Virus record (IMG/VR): IMGVR_UViG_3300027917_000030
Length of the DNA stretch: 27,229 nucleotides
Source of the DNA: a virus
Taxonomy: Duplodnaviria > Heunggongvirae > Uroviricota > Caudoviricetes
Strand: one strand, 5' to 3'
The position numbers were made by a program, and so were the translations under genes. Below the pieces are notes generated by a model. It ran no database searches and was not told the DNA's origin. It saw only the letters and a program-made list of their open reading frames with translations. This document shows positions 1 through 8,601 of the stretch, one piece after another (positions within the stretch are counted from its first letter, which is position 1; the number at the start of each line of letters is the position of its first letter).

Positions 1-383
1 ATATCGTCAACTTCCATTTTACCCTTACTACCATCGCATTCCATATAAGAAATAAGTGCACCCCTCATTTTAAATTTCCTTGGATTGCCTGGAGAGATTT
101 GCCCATGCCCCATTATAGTAAATTCAACTGTACATTTGGACACAGCCATCACTTTACTGGATACCGAGAAAGAAATTCTCTTCCCCTTTCGCTGAACCTT
201 GCCATGAAAAGTTGTATAAAATCGCTTACCATATTTATTAGAAACAACTGTAACAATTTTTAAAGACTTGCCTTGTTCAGCGATTCCTAATTGTAACTCT
301 GGATGTTTTGGTGCCACCCAAAATCCAGATAATGACTGAGGTTGTGTCCCAGCAATAAGCAGGACCGAAAGAATCTTTATCAT
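1..383 (-). CDS. Hypothetical protein, possibly exported (partial, runs off window edge)
   Basis: Translated by hand: ATG directly abutting the ligase stop, open to position 1: MIKILSVLLIAGTQPQSLSGFWVAPKHPEL...; short hydrophobic N-terminus. Not in the supplied ORF track. Confidence 0.75.
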   Translation of the reverse strand, partial: MIKILSVLLIAGTQPQSLSGFWVAPKHPELQLGIAEQGKSLKIVTVVSNKYGKRFYTTFHGKVQRKGKRISFSVSSKVMAVSKCTVEFTIMGHGQISPGNPRKFKMRGALISYMECDGSKGKMEVDD

Positions 384-1457
384 TTAATCCTCATCTTTCA
401 ATAGGAACTCGTTATTTAACACCTTAAATGAAAGCCTTCCGCTGGTAGCCCTGCTGAATGTCGGGTGAACGGCTCTCACAACAATTCCCTCACGCCTATT
501 ATTTGTACCTTCATATAGGCCTTTTGCCCTTTCAAGCCAAGCATCAAGCGAAAGATCAATAGTGCTGGGATCAGAAACAACTTGTTCAATTGGCACGGTT
601 TTGAGATGGCTACCACAGAAATCTCGAAATTTATCAAGGCCCATATATCTGCCCGCTTTGATATCAAACACATCAAAAACGAATAAATCAATCTCTTCCA
701 GACCTAGGCGATTCTTCTGAACACCAGGACCGCAAACCTCTCCCTGAACTGCAAAACCTTCCGGTAGGAACTCTTCCAACTTATACTTCTCTGCGATCTG
801 CCAGTACACATTATCTCCAGGTTTCTTCTTGAGATTCCTGGAGCAAGCCATAAACTCCCCGTTTAATTTGGCAAAAGTACCCGAAGTCCCATCACATTTG
901 ACCGTCCAATAGATGGGAATTCCCTTAATCTCTTCCAGCACAGGGAGAATGGATTGTAGCCGAGTTTCATCGGTTTTAGGAATCATTGCAGGAAATGGAC
1001 CAAGAGCAGCACCGGCACGGAATCCAAATCTGGGTTTGGGTATATATTTATCAACCTTTAAAACATCCGTTACATCGGTGCCAACTTCAAACTCACGAGG
1101 ATTAATCGTTTTCCAGTCTACACTGACCTCATCACCACAGGAATCACAATACTTTACATCTTCTACTCTATAAGTTTCAGGTAGAATTGTAATTGGCAGT
1201 GCTAACCCCTGACTTAATTCCCCACGAAGTTTGCAGGTTTTTACGCGGAAGTTCCGAGGGCGCATGAACTCCGACCAATCAGGGCCATCGGGAAGTACGG
1301 AATCCACCTCAAAAAATACGCATTTAGATCCTACCTCAAATTCTCCCTTTTTAACAACAACACCCCAACCCATCACCTGTGCCTTTTCAATTCTATCGGC
1401 ATTAGGAATGGGGGTCAGAGAATCAATTATCTGAATCGATGCGAGTTTCCTTGCCAT
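384..1457 (-). CDS. ATP-dependent RNA ligase, Rnl2 superfamily (DRB0094-like, with N-terminal OB-like domain)
   Basis: N-terminus RKLASIQ..PIPNADRIE..V.GW.VVVKKGEF; nucleotidyltransferase motifs KCDGTS (I), QGEVCGPGVQKN (III), FVFDV (IIIa), REGIVVR (IV), FKVLNNEFLLK (V). Confidence 0.92.
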   Translation of the reverse strand: MARKLASIQIIDSLTPIPNADRIEKAQVMGWGVVVKKGEFEVGSKCVFFEVDSVLPDGPDWSEFMRPRNFRVKTCKLRGELSQGLALPITILPETYRVEDVKYCDSCGDEVSVDWKTINPREFEVGTDVTDVLKVDKYIPKPRFGFRAGAALGPFPAMIPKTDETRLQSILPVLEEIKGIPIYWTVKCDGTSGTFAKLNGEFMACSRNLKKKPGDNVYWQIAEKYKLEEFLPEGFAVQGEVCGPGVQKNRLGLEEIDLFVFDVFDIKAGRYMGLDKFRDFCGSHLKTVPIEQVVSDPSTIDLSLDAWLERAKGLYEGTNNRREGIVVRAVHPTFSRATSGRLSFKVLNNEFLLKDED

Positions 1458-1460
1458 GGC

Positions 1461-1598
1461 TTAAAACACAACCTTAATCAGAGCAAACAGCGTGGCAACC
1501 CCAACAGCCCACGCAACAATACTACACCAACGATACTTATCCGTTTGCTCTGTTAAAGGCATTCCCATAAATTTCTTGAACCAATTGTGTTCAGACAT
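1461..1598 (-). CDS. Small membrane protein (45 aa)
   Basis: Hand-translated MSEHNWFKKFMGMPLTEQTDKYRWCSIVAWAVGVATLFALIKVVF; GGGGAG SD upstream, fills the gap exactly, one C-terminal TM segment. Confidence 0.7.
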   Translation of the reverse strand: MSEHNWFKKFMGMPLTEQTDKYRWCSIVAWAVGVATLFALIKVVF

Positions 1599-1797
1599 AG
1601 ACTCTCCCCCATTGATTGTGCGGAACGCGTGCTGTAACAATGATAAAACTGGGTCGCCCTTCTGGCATTGTTTCGTTTTCTTTCACCCAAGAAACAGCCT
1701 CTTCCCGCGTATCAAATGTTTTCACCACACACGGCATATCTACAAGAACGGTTTTTATGACAAACCAAATTCTCTTAGGTTTCGTTGTAGACATCAA
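1591..1797 (-). CDS. Hypothetical protein (paralog of partial ORF at 27085-27229)
   Basis: Tiles with neighbours; FDTREEAVSWVKE motif. Confidence 0.75.
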   Translation of the reverse strand: MMSTTKPKRIWFVIKTVLVDMPCVVKTFDTREEAVSWVKENETMPEGRPSFIIVTARVPHNQWGRVYV

Positions 1798-2099
1798 TCT
1801 TCCTTTCTTACCTTCCTAAGTTCCTTCTTTACAGATACAATACGGCGACGCACCTTATCGGCTCGCTTAAAAATTCCATGAACCTCTTGACTATTCTCTT
1901 CACGAGCCTTCTGCCCGCGCTTGTAAAGATCGCCAAGATCTCTTTGTAGAACTCTGAGTTGATGGGTTAATCTATCCTGGTGACGCTTTCTGCGTCTGCT
2001 CTTAGCCTCTTGTGAATTAGAATTAATATCCTGAACATTACCACTGGGATCAACGAAATGATTACGGCAAAAAACCTCGAAGGGACGATGGGTCATCAT
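1794..2099 (-). CDS. Hypothetical basic coiled-coil protein
   Basis: ATGA overlap with the next gene; Lys/Arg-rich helical C-terminal half. Confidence 0.7.
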   Translation of the reverse strand: MMTHRPFEVFCRNHFVDPSGNVQDINSNSQEAKSRRRKRHQDRLTHQLRVLQRDLGDLYKRGQKAREENSQEVHGIFKRADKVRRRIVSVKKELRKVRKED

Positions 2100-2100
2100 G

Positions 2101-2547
2101 TTACTTCTCCTCTTTGATAGTAGGAAGTTGTTTTTGTGAAGATTGCATCGGATTATCGAAATCTACTCGCCAGCCACCTTTTGGCTCCTTGTCCCAGGCC
2201 AAACGATGGCGAACTACTTGCTGAATATCCCACGTCATTTTGGCTTCCTCGGGAGTTTCTTTACAAAAGATTCCTAGAGAAGCATTGGGTGGGTGTAAGG
2301 TTAAATGAAATTTCGCTTTGTTTAAATGTTCTTTAGCCTCGCCATAGCGTAAATCAAAATCTTCGCGTCCTACAATCTTCCTCCAATTAAAAGCATAAAT
2401 AATTTCCTGAAACTGTCCCAGTCCGATCCTTGAATAGAGATCGAGGGCTTTAATCAGAACTTTTGCTTGGTCTTCATCTATGTGTAAAGAATATTTACGC
2501 ATTGCGTAATCCCTGTTTGCGAATCGGTTTAAACATCCAATGATCAT
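2101..2547 (-). CDS. Hypothetical phage protein
   Basis: 148-aa ORF in the tiling strand; true start may be the internal Met (MRKYSL). Confidence 0.75.
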   Translation of the reverse strand: MIIGCLNRFANRDYAMRKYSLHIDEDQAKVLIKALDLYSRIGLGQFQEIIYAFNWRKIVGREDFDLRYGEAKEHLNKAKFHLTLHPPNASLGIFCKETPEEAKMTWDIQQVVRHRLAWDKEPKGGWRVDFDNPMQSSQKQLPTIKEEK

Positions 2548-3241
2548 CTGGCTCTTTCGGGTGGTCGCTACGCACCCATTTAGCCACCGAAAGAGAGAAA
2601 TCTATTTCATTAGTAAACCTTCCCTTCTCAACAAATTCCCTCGCCTGTCTAACAACAACCCCTTCTCTTTCACCCCCGTATGCAGATGGTGCGTGTGCCA
2701 GGTCATTGGTTAATTTCTCAAGCTCTTCCGGACTCCCAACCACCCCTTTCCATAGAATAGGAACTGTAGGGAGGTGCAACTGTCTTGCCCTTATCTCGGT
2801 TAGAATATGTGACCACCAGAAGGGACCTGGTGGATGTGTCATTTTGAATTCAATAGGTACTTTTTTATGATCCCACCGATGGCCAAACACCAGAAAGTAT
2901 CCCGGTAAATCTGTATACTCGATGCTATGAACTGCGTAACACCACTCGCCCCAAATGGATACACCGGGATCCAATTTATCACGGATTTGCGCATGAAGTG
3001 CTTTTGCTAAATCAAAAGACTTATGAGTTGGAGGACCGCTATGAGATCTTGCATAGACCGCATCTCTTGTCATACAGAGATTGGATCCATCCATTTTCTC
3101 CGTGATAACAATCTTCTTTGATATTAAATGCCAAACGGTTTTCAATCTTTTATCATCGTTGGTTCCACCAGGTGACCACGGGAGGTGGGGTATCCTTGGG
3201 TATTTATTAGATGTCAACGTACTCACAGTAAAACTCTTCAC
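2495..3241 (-). CDS. ATP-dependent RNA ligase family protein (single nucleotidyltransferase domain, KYPRxPHLPWSPG type)
   Basis: KYPRIPHLPWSPG..DD, ITEKMDGSN (I), GEWCYAVHSIEY (III), YFLVF (IIIa), EREGVVVR (IV), AKWVR (V). Start codon uncertain. Confidence 0.88.
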   Translation of the reverse strand: MKSFTVSTLTSNKYPRIPHLPWSPGGTNDDKRLKTVWHLISKKIVITEKMDGSNLCMTRDAVYARSHSGPPTHKSFDLAKALHAQIRDKLDPGVSIWGEWCYAVHSIEYTDLPGYFLVFGHRWDHKKVPIEFKMTHPPGPFWWSHILTEIRARQLHLPTVPILWKGVVGSPEELEKLTNDLAHAPSAYGGEREGVVVRQAREFVEKGRFTNEIDFSLSVAKWVRSDHPKEPDDHWMFKPIRKQGLRNA

Positions 3242-3392
3242 CCTTGTACTTTAGGGTAAGCGTGCCAGGCTCCTTATCACCAAACACAGTATCACCAGCC
3301 TCGAACGAGATCTCTAGGTTTTTAATTATTTCACTCGCGATCTCTTCTCTAATAACCTTAAGTAACGTTTCCCAATCTTCCGGATATTGCAT
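3207..3392 (-). CDS. Hypothetical protein
   Basis: Start moved to ATG 3392 (TAATG overlap with upstream stop, GGAG SD): MQYPEDWETLL... Confidence 0.7.
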   Translation of the reverse strand: MQYPEDWETLLKVIREEIASEIIKNLEISFEAGDTVFGDKEPGTLTLKYKGEEFYCEYVDI

Positions 3393-3808
3393 TACTCCTC
3401 CCAGCAATGATAAAAACAGTGGTGAAAGTTCCATGCATTGGTAAAAGCCCTTCTCTTTCCATCATCCCATTTAGGATCATATCCATCCTCGAAATAGCTT
3501 TTCACCATATCACGATCAACCACTCGGCTCGCTGGCTCGTAAAAGCAAACGAGATGGGAATTAAGAAGGGCAAAAGTCAGGTGAACTACCACAGGAAACC
3601 CATGGAATGTCCCAACTTGCAACGACCATATAAGTCCCACCTGTACCCACTCGACAGACCTGCGTTCTAACTGACGGTGCCGATCATTCTGTTCCCAAAA
3701 TGTTTGTACTTCAAAGTCGGTTGCCTCGACAAAGAATTCTACCTTTTGGAGGGCAGACTCAACACTATCATTCATTAATTTAAGAACTTCATCTCTATTC
3801 ATTTTCAT
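3392..3808 (-). CDS. Hypothetical phage protein
   Basis: 138-aa ORF overlapping both neighbours; aromatic C-terminus TNAWNFHHC. Confidence 0.75.
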   Translation of the reverse strand: MKMNRDEVLKLMNDSVESALQKVEFFVEATDFEVQTFWEQNDRHRQLERRSVEWVQVGLIWSLQVGTFHGFPVVVHLTFALLNSHLVCFYEPASRVVDRDMVKSYFEDGYDPKWDDGKRRAFTNAWNFHHCFYHCWEE

Positions 3809-4271
3809 CTCGTGGATAATTGATTATGAACGAAGCATAGTATTGTCCTGGTGTGATGGTAACCGGTCTGTTGTTTTCTTTAAACATCTTGCCCACCACA
3901 TTTGCTCTCTCCTCTGCCTTATAATCCCAGGTTCTACTCTCTATATCTAATGACACAGAAACTTTTTCTACACGAGCCGGGGGATGGTTTTCTTGTATAT
4001 CTACGGCAGAAAACTGAAGGGAATATCCCCCACCAGTGTTTGCTAAAGATCTGGCGATCTCGTCAATGTGTCCTCGATAAATACCAAGATGTTTTACAGT
4101 TCTACCTTCGCAATCTCCCTCAGTTGTTATTTTCCATACACCATACGTCTTATCATATGGAGGGAAAAGCCTATGCTCTGTTATATCACGCATTTTCGTG
4201 CCATGGGCTGGACAGTATGGAAGTTGAGTTGATCCAGCACGACCACATATCGGACAATGTAGCGATTTCAT
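3795..4271 (-). CDS. Hypothetical protein with N-terminal Zn ribbon
   Basis: CPICG...YCPAHG at the N-terminus; conserved-looking WKITTEGDCEGRT..HLGIY.GH.DEIA block. Confidence 0.75.
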   Translation of the reverse strand: MKSLHCPICGRAGSTQLPYCPAHGTKMRDITEHRLFPPYDKTYGVWKITTEGDCEGRTVKHLGIYRGHIDEIARSLANTGGGYSLQFSAVDIQENHPPARVEKVSVSLDIESRTWDYKAEERANVVGKMFKENNRPVTITPGQYYASFIINYPRDENE

Positions 4272-4280
4272 TATGTTCTC

Positions 4281-4601
4281 CTATCGCAGATAAACAGCCC
4301 CATGTTCATTTACCGCCTTCATGGGATTATCATCCAAAATATTGCCCCTCGCGTGTTTCGCAGGAGCCCTCCATGTAGCAGCCTTGAGTATATCTCCATT
4401 TGTCCTATCAACAAAACAATAAACAGCCCGCTGACCGTAATAATCCTTTACAATCTTCCAATACCTTTTGCCGGTTGTAAAAGAAATTGTAGGTTGTGCC
4501 AGATTTGGAAACTTATCCTCATGATATTTGGCAACCATATCGCGCACTTGGTGAATAAAACGCGCAAATGCTTCAGCAATCTTGTCTCCGACTGGTTCCA
4601 T
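4281..4601 (-). CDS. Conserved small phage protein (resembles DUF7717-type family)
   Basis: GKRYWKIV..VYCFVDRTNGDILKAATWRAPAKHARGNI pattern is familiar from large phages; family name is from recollection only. Confidence 0.75.
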   Translation of the reverse strand: MEPVGDKIAEAFARFIHQVRDMVAKYHEDKFPNLAQPTISFTTGKRYWKIVKDYYGQRAVYCFVDRTNGDILKAATWRAPAKHARGNILDDNPMKAVNEHGAVYLR

Positions 4602-4602
4602 T

Positions 4603-5700
4603 TTACACCTTTTCTGGTAGGTTACGAGATTTACAATGTTTTATTGTCTTTTCGATCTTCTCCACATCATCGGATAACACAATAAATCCATGACCCAATA
4701 AATTAAGCCCGAAAAATGTATAGCCGTTAGATTCTTTTAGCCGTATTATTTCATCGGCTTCTTCTGTAGCCCCACATGGTATTACCATAGAGGTATAGGA
4801 AAATCCGTGTAGATAAACATGTCCGTGAAGAATATAGTTTACCTTCGGATAATAGTTAAACAATCGTATCTGGCTTGGTGCGTCAACCGATGGTTTACGA
4901 TTTCCATAGTATACCACTTGCTTTACATCTACTCCAGTAAATGTAGGAGATACTGCAACAAAGCCATTCCTATCAATCACCTTCTTATCTACATTTCTCT
5001 GTGATACATAGATGAACCCATTGCTGCCCCTGAATGATGGAAACCCTCCCTGAGTGCACCTGAATGAGGCATTTCCTAAAAACCTTGAGGGATTAGCAAC
5101 ACTCGGAACCAGGTTATGAAACTTCTTTCCAGCCTCTTTAATTAAAGAAAAGAACTCCTGCTCATCGGGTACTTCTACAAATGGTACTCCCTGTACACTG
5201 CCCATACGAGTGAAGGACCGCAACTCTCTGATTCGCCTTCCGATTTTCTCGCCAACAAACACAAAATCCTCAGTCCAATCTAGAAACAGATTGCCCAAAG
5301 GATCAATCAGCCGTGCTTTAATACGATCCTCTTTCTTGATTTCCAGGAAAAGGTTTGCCTTTACGGCAAGTGCTCGCTGTGTTAAATCTGCCAGCGTATA
5401 TTTATCGTCGTCGTTTCGCTTGGAGATTATCAGCGTACATTTATAATTTCCCTTTTTAATCTCACCCACGAATTTCGTTTCCACATCATTGGATATATTC
5501 GGGAGCCACAAAACTGCATCGGCAGTCTTGGTGAGGTTTATTAATGCTGGTAGAGACTCAATTGGTCCACCATTAAAGGTTTGGACGGCATGTTCTCCAT
5601 TAAAATAACTGTCCAATCCATTATGGATGTGATCACCCACCTTGGAGAATTTACCACCATCTTCGTCAAAGGTTCCGCAAACAGTAATGATTTTCATCAA
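4603..5700 (-). CDS. Two-domain protein with C-terminal class II aldolase/adducin-like domain
   Basis: GNASFR, KPSVDAPSQIRLFNYYPKVNYILHGH (class II aldolase PS..; HxH metal site), NLLGHG; N-terminal alpha/beta domain unassigned. Confidence 0.72.
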   Translation of the reverse strand: MMKIITVCGTFDEDGGKFSKVGDHIHNGLDSYFNGEHAVQTFNGGPIESLPALINLTKTADAVLWLPNISNDVETKFVGEIKKGNYKCTLIISKRNDDDKYTLADLTQRALAVKANLFLEIKKEDRIKARLIDPLGNLFLDWTEDFVFVGEKIGRRIRELRSFTRMGSVQGVPFVEVPDEQEFFSLIKEAGKKFHNLVPSVANPSRFLGNASFRCTQGGFPSFRGSNGFIYVSQRNVDKKVIDRNGFVAVSPTFTGVDVKQVVYYGNRKPSVDAPSQIRLFNYYPKVNYILHGHVYLHGFSYTSMVIPCGATEEADEIIRLKESNGYTFFGLNLLGHGFIVLSDDVEKIEKTIKHCKSRNLPEKV

Positions 5701-6533
5701 AACAACACCGATGCCCTACTATTCCAGGAAGTGTACAGATGACCATCCTCCAGGAACACCAATGACCGCAAGTCACCACCACAATCACGCTCTTGAATAC
5801 AATAGTCTGATCGCGATACGGAGACCCCTTCCATATCCCATATAGTCACGCCAGAATTAAGAGATCGAATCAACTTGCCCTTACCAGCCAAAAGGCCACT
5901 TAATTTATCACTGAACCTTAAAAACTCCCGACTTGTTGGCGTATTCTGTTCAACCCACTTAGCGACTTTTATATCCTGTGGCCTTTCGGGAGCAATCACT
6001 CGCCGAAAAGTCAGATGCCTGATCCCAAGTGCCTTACATACAGCGATAAGATCATCTATAGGCTCTGGCATTTTCTCCATGACCTTGTTGGTAAGATTAA
6101 GCGTAACACGCGAAATCATTCCAACATAATTAATCATACGAAACACTTCATCAAATTTTCCCAATTGGCTCAATCCATCAATTGAGATGGCTACTACATT
6201 GATTCCAAAACCATCGAGTTTGTGTAGCAGCGACGGATTATTGCAGAGGCTAATGCCATTTGTCTGAATCTCTAAAGGAAAATCTCTAAAGATTTTACAG
6301 AAACACTCCAGTTCCTTAAGAGATAATAGTGGCTCACCTTTACCAGTAAACAGGATCGAGGTAACTTCCGCTGCCCTTGCTACGCTTTTAACCTTTTCAG
6401 CGTTCTCAATCATCCGCTCGTAGTTATTCTCTACATAGCCAGTCATCTTTGAGATACAGTAAGGGCAGTTCTTATTACACCCATTATTCGGGAGTGAAAT
6501 CGTTAAATTTTCTGCCTTTAGATCTTTACCCAT
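5697..6533 (-). CDS. Radical SAM superfamily enzyme
   Basis: CNKNCPYC (CxxxCxxC), FTGKGEPLL, IQTNG, VAISID. Confidence 0.92.
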   Translation of the reverse strand: MGKDLKAENLTISLPNNGCNKNCPYCISKMTGYVENNYERMIENAEKVKSVARAAEVTSILFTGKGEPLLSLKELECFCKIFRDFPLEIQTNGISLCNNPSLLHKLDGFGINVVAISIDGLSQLGKFDEVFRMINYVGMISRVTLNLTNKVMEKMPEPIDDLIAVCKALGIRHLTFRRVIAPERPQDIKVAKWVEQNTPTSREFLRFSDKLSGLLAGKGKLIRSLNSGVTIWDMEGVSVSRSDYCIQERDCGGDLRSLVFLEDGHLYTSWNSRASVLF

Positions 6534-6536
6534 AAC

Positions 6537-6920
6537 TCACCTATTTGGAAGCGAAAGTCTTAACATGCCGTCTTTTCTATATGATTTCCTAACACACCGG
6601 CAGTAGTAGCCTTTCTCATCATCCATATAACTTACTCGTGCCTTGCCCTTAGCACAGTGAAAACTTTTACAAAAATTATAAGCAGTTGCTTTTCTAATGC
6701 TGTTGGACCACATTTTTGCAGTGGATAAAGAAATAAGACAAATTGATAAAAAGGCAATAGAAATAGCGAAGTACGCAGACTTTCTATCCGTTATCCTTTT
6801 TCCGAAAAATGCCATCAACATTTTCCAGACAGGAACCTTTTTTCTTCGCGCTTTCTTGAGTTTCTCTTCTAAAACTGCTATCCTGGCATGCGCCGCTTCC
6901 AGATCACTTTTATATGGCAT
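6537..6920 (-). CDS. Single-pass membrane protein with Cys-rich external part
   Basis: N-terminal MPYKSDLEAAHARIAVLE coil, TM AYFAISIAFLSICLISL, then FCKSFHC...YYCRC. Confidence 0.75.
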   Translation of the reverse strand: MPYKSDLEAAHARIAVLEEKLKKARRKKVPVWKMLMAFFGKRITDRKSAYFAISIAFLSICLISLSTAKMWSNSIRKATAYNFCKSFHCAKGKARVSYMDDEKGYYCRCVRKSYRKDGMLRLSLPNR

Positions 6921-6921
6921 T

Positions 6922-7278
6922 TTAATCTTCCATGAATGTTACAGTTATCCGAGTAACTGGAGTGTCATCTTTCATCGCTAAATGGACGTTGCCACCTTTT
7001 TCTATGGACATACACGCTGCATGGCTATGTTTGATCCAAATCTTATCCGCGTATTCTTTTGAATAATTTGGAACATGAAGTCTAAAGGGTTCTCCGACCT
7101 TAAGGTCGTCAAAAATAACACCGTTCAACTGATCAACTTTTTTAAGAACTTCCTGGTATGTGTCCTTGCAGATGGGCTTTACGGTTTCATCGTATGCAGT
7201 ACCATGACCACTTGGCAAATCACAAACCTCAATTTGCTGTTTCAACCACCGCCTAAACTCTTCTAATCTAAAAGCCAT
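6922..7278 (-). CDS. FxDLxVGE paralog family member 1
   Basis: LEEFRRWL...VIFDDLKVGEPF...PVTRI. Confidence 0.8.
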   Translation of the reverse strand: MAFRLEEFRRWLKQQIEVCDLPSGHGTAYDETVKPICKDTYQEVLKKVDQLNGVIFDDLKVGEPFRLHVPNYSKEYADKIWIKHSHAACMSIEKGGNVHLAMKDDTPVTRITVTFMED

Positions 7279-7288
7279 TTAGCGACTC

Positions 7289-7438
7289 CTACCACACTGT
7301 AACATGGAAACGCCACTTTCTTTTACACTTTCCGCAGAAAAGAGTAAGTAGCGTTTTACCTGAATTCAGAGTTGCAGCATATACGACATTGCCACAAGTA
7401 CATTTGAAATTTGGGTCTGTAGAAATCTGCTTGGCCAT
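7289..7438 (-). CDS. Small Zn-ribbon protein (49 aa)
   Basis: Hand-translated MAKQISTDPNFKCTCGNVVYAATLNSGKTLLTLFCGKCKRKWRFHVTVW; CxC and CxxC; fills the gap. Confidence 0.7.
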   Translation of the reverse strand: MAKQISTDPNFKCTCGNVVYAATLNSGKTLLTLFCGKCKRKWRFHVTVW

Positions 7439-7439
7439 A

Positions 7440-7616
7440 CTACCTAGCCATCGTCATTGCAATATAAACAATCGGAGTTACAAGCACGCCAGCCGCAGCA
7501 CACACACCCATTATTCTTTCTCCGAAACTGCTACTATGATCATTTATCACAACTGCAGAGAAAGTTAAAAAAGCAAAGCCTAATAGAATGATGCAAATGA
7601 TAGCAAATGCTAACAT
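7440..7616 (-). CDS. Small two-TM membrane protein (58 aa)
   Basis: Hand-translated MLAFAIICIILLGFAFLTFSAVVINDHSSSFGERIMGVCAAAGVLVTPIVYIAMTMAR; GAGGAA SD, overlaps upstream stop. Confidence 0.7.
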   Translation of the reverse strand: MLAFAIICIILLGFAFLTFSAVVINDHSSSFGERIMGVCAAAGVLVTPIVYIAMTMAR

Positions 7617-7984
7617 TTCCCTTCCTCCTCAAATTTTGCTATAAGTCTTATGACAATATTGTCTAGTTGAAACTGGAGCGGTGCCTCGTAAACCAGCCCA
7701 ACACAATCGGCAAATTTGTCCGTTTGTGTAATACAAACGCAGGTATTTTCTCCAGTTTTGAAACGCACACTGCCTGGCGCACCCTTCCATTGGAAAAATT
7801 CTCCTACTTCCAGATCATGAAAAGAAAGGGGAAGCAAGGAATTAATTTCCTCAAGAACCTCTTCTAAAACCTGCTCTTCAGCCTCAAGTCTCAATTCTGC
7901 TTCGGCATCAGCATTGGCAGCAAAACCTTTAACATCCTCTAATTTATCTAACACCCATCGTTTTAGTTCTAGTAACTCACTCAT
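7610..7984 (-). CDS. FxDLxVGE paralog family member 2
   Basis: LLELKRWV...INSLLPLSFHDLEVGEFF...RFK...IVIRL. Confidence 0.82.
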   Translation of the reverse strand: MSELLELKRWVLDKLEDVKGFAANADAEAELRLEAEEQVLEEVLEEINSLLPLSFHDLEVGEFFQWKGAPGSVRFKTGENTCVCITQTDKFADCVGLVYEAPLQFQLDNIVIRLIAKFEEEGKC

Positions 7985-8372
7985 CCTCGCCCTCTATTTT
8001 AAAAGTAGCAACAACCCTTTTCACTGGCAAATCCAATTCTTTTTTTAGGACCTGACGAGTGGAACCTGGATTCAATGAAAGATCGAGCATCGCATGATTC
8101 GAAAGTTTTATATAGATCTCACGACCATGACCAAATTCAGAGGAATCAAGATTTTCATCTTTCTTTACTACTGGATCTGGTTTAACAAATACAAAATACT
8201 CATTAATTTCCAAATCCCTAAAAGTAAGGAGATCTACAATTTCTAGATATTTAATAGCATCTTCAAGGGCTTCGGCTCGCCCTTTAAGATAAGGGAAAGT
8301 ACTAGCATCCGCACACTTGGCAATCTTCATTTCGCTATACAACCACTCTTTATATCTATCTAAATCGATCAT
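7977..8372 (-). CDS. FxDLxVGE paralog family member 3
   Basis: LDRYKEWL...LLTFRDLEINEYF...IYIKLS...LPVKRV. Confidence 0.8.
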   Translation of the reverse strand: MIDLDRYKEWLYSEMKIAKCADASTFPYLKGRAEALEDAIKYLEIVDLLTFRDLEINEYFVFVKPDPVVKKDENLDSSEFGHGREIYIKLSNHAMLDLSLNPGSTRQVLKKELDLPVKRVVATFKIEGEDE

Positions 8373-8376
8373 CTCT

Positions 8377-8601
8377 TCACCTATAAAGAGTTCCCATGCT
8401 TCCTACTATAATACCCAAACCATTTGAGCATTCACAGAAATAAGAATATCTATTCCTGTAAAATAGTGTATGTTGCGAAGGTCTGCAGAAATCTCGACAT
8501 GCCTTTACAACCTCTGGATTAATTTTAGGTGGTCTGTACACAACAGCCACTGCACAGGATGATAAAATAACAAGCACCAAAAGCAAAAAGAAACGTTTCA
8601 T
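8377..8601 (-). CDS. Putative lipoprotein, Cys-rich
   Basis: MKRFFLLLVLVILSS-C lipobox-like signal; ACRDFC...YFCEC. Confidence 0.7.
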   Translation of the reverse strand: MKRFFLLLVLVILSSCAVAVVYRPPKINPEVVKACRDFCRPSQHTLFYRNRYSYFCECSNGLGIIVGSMGTLYR

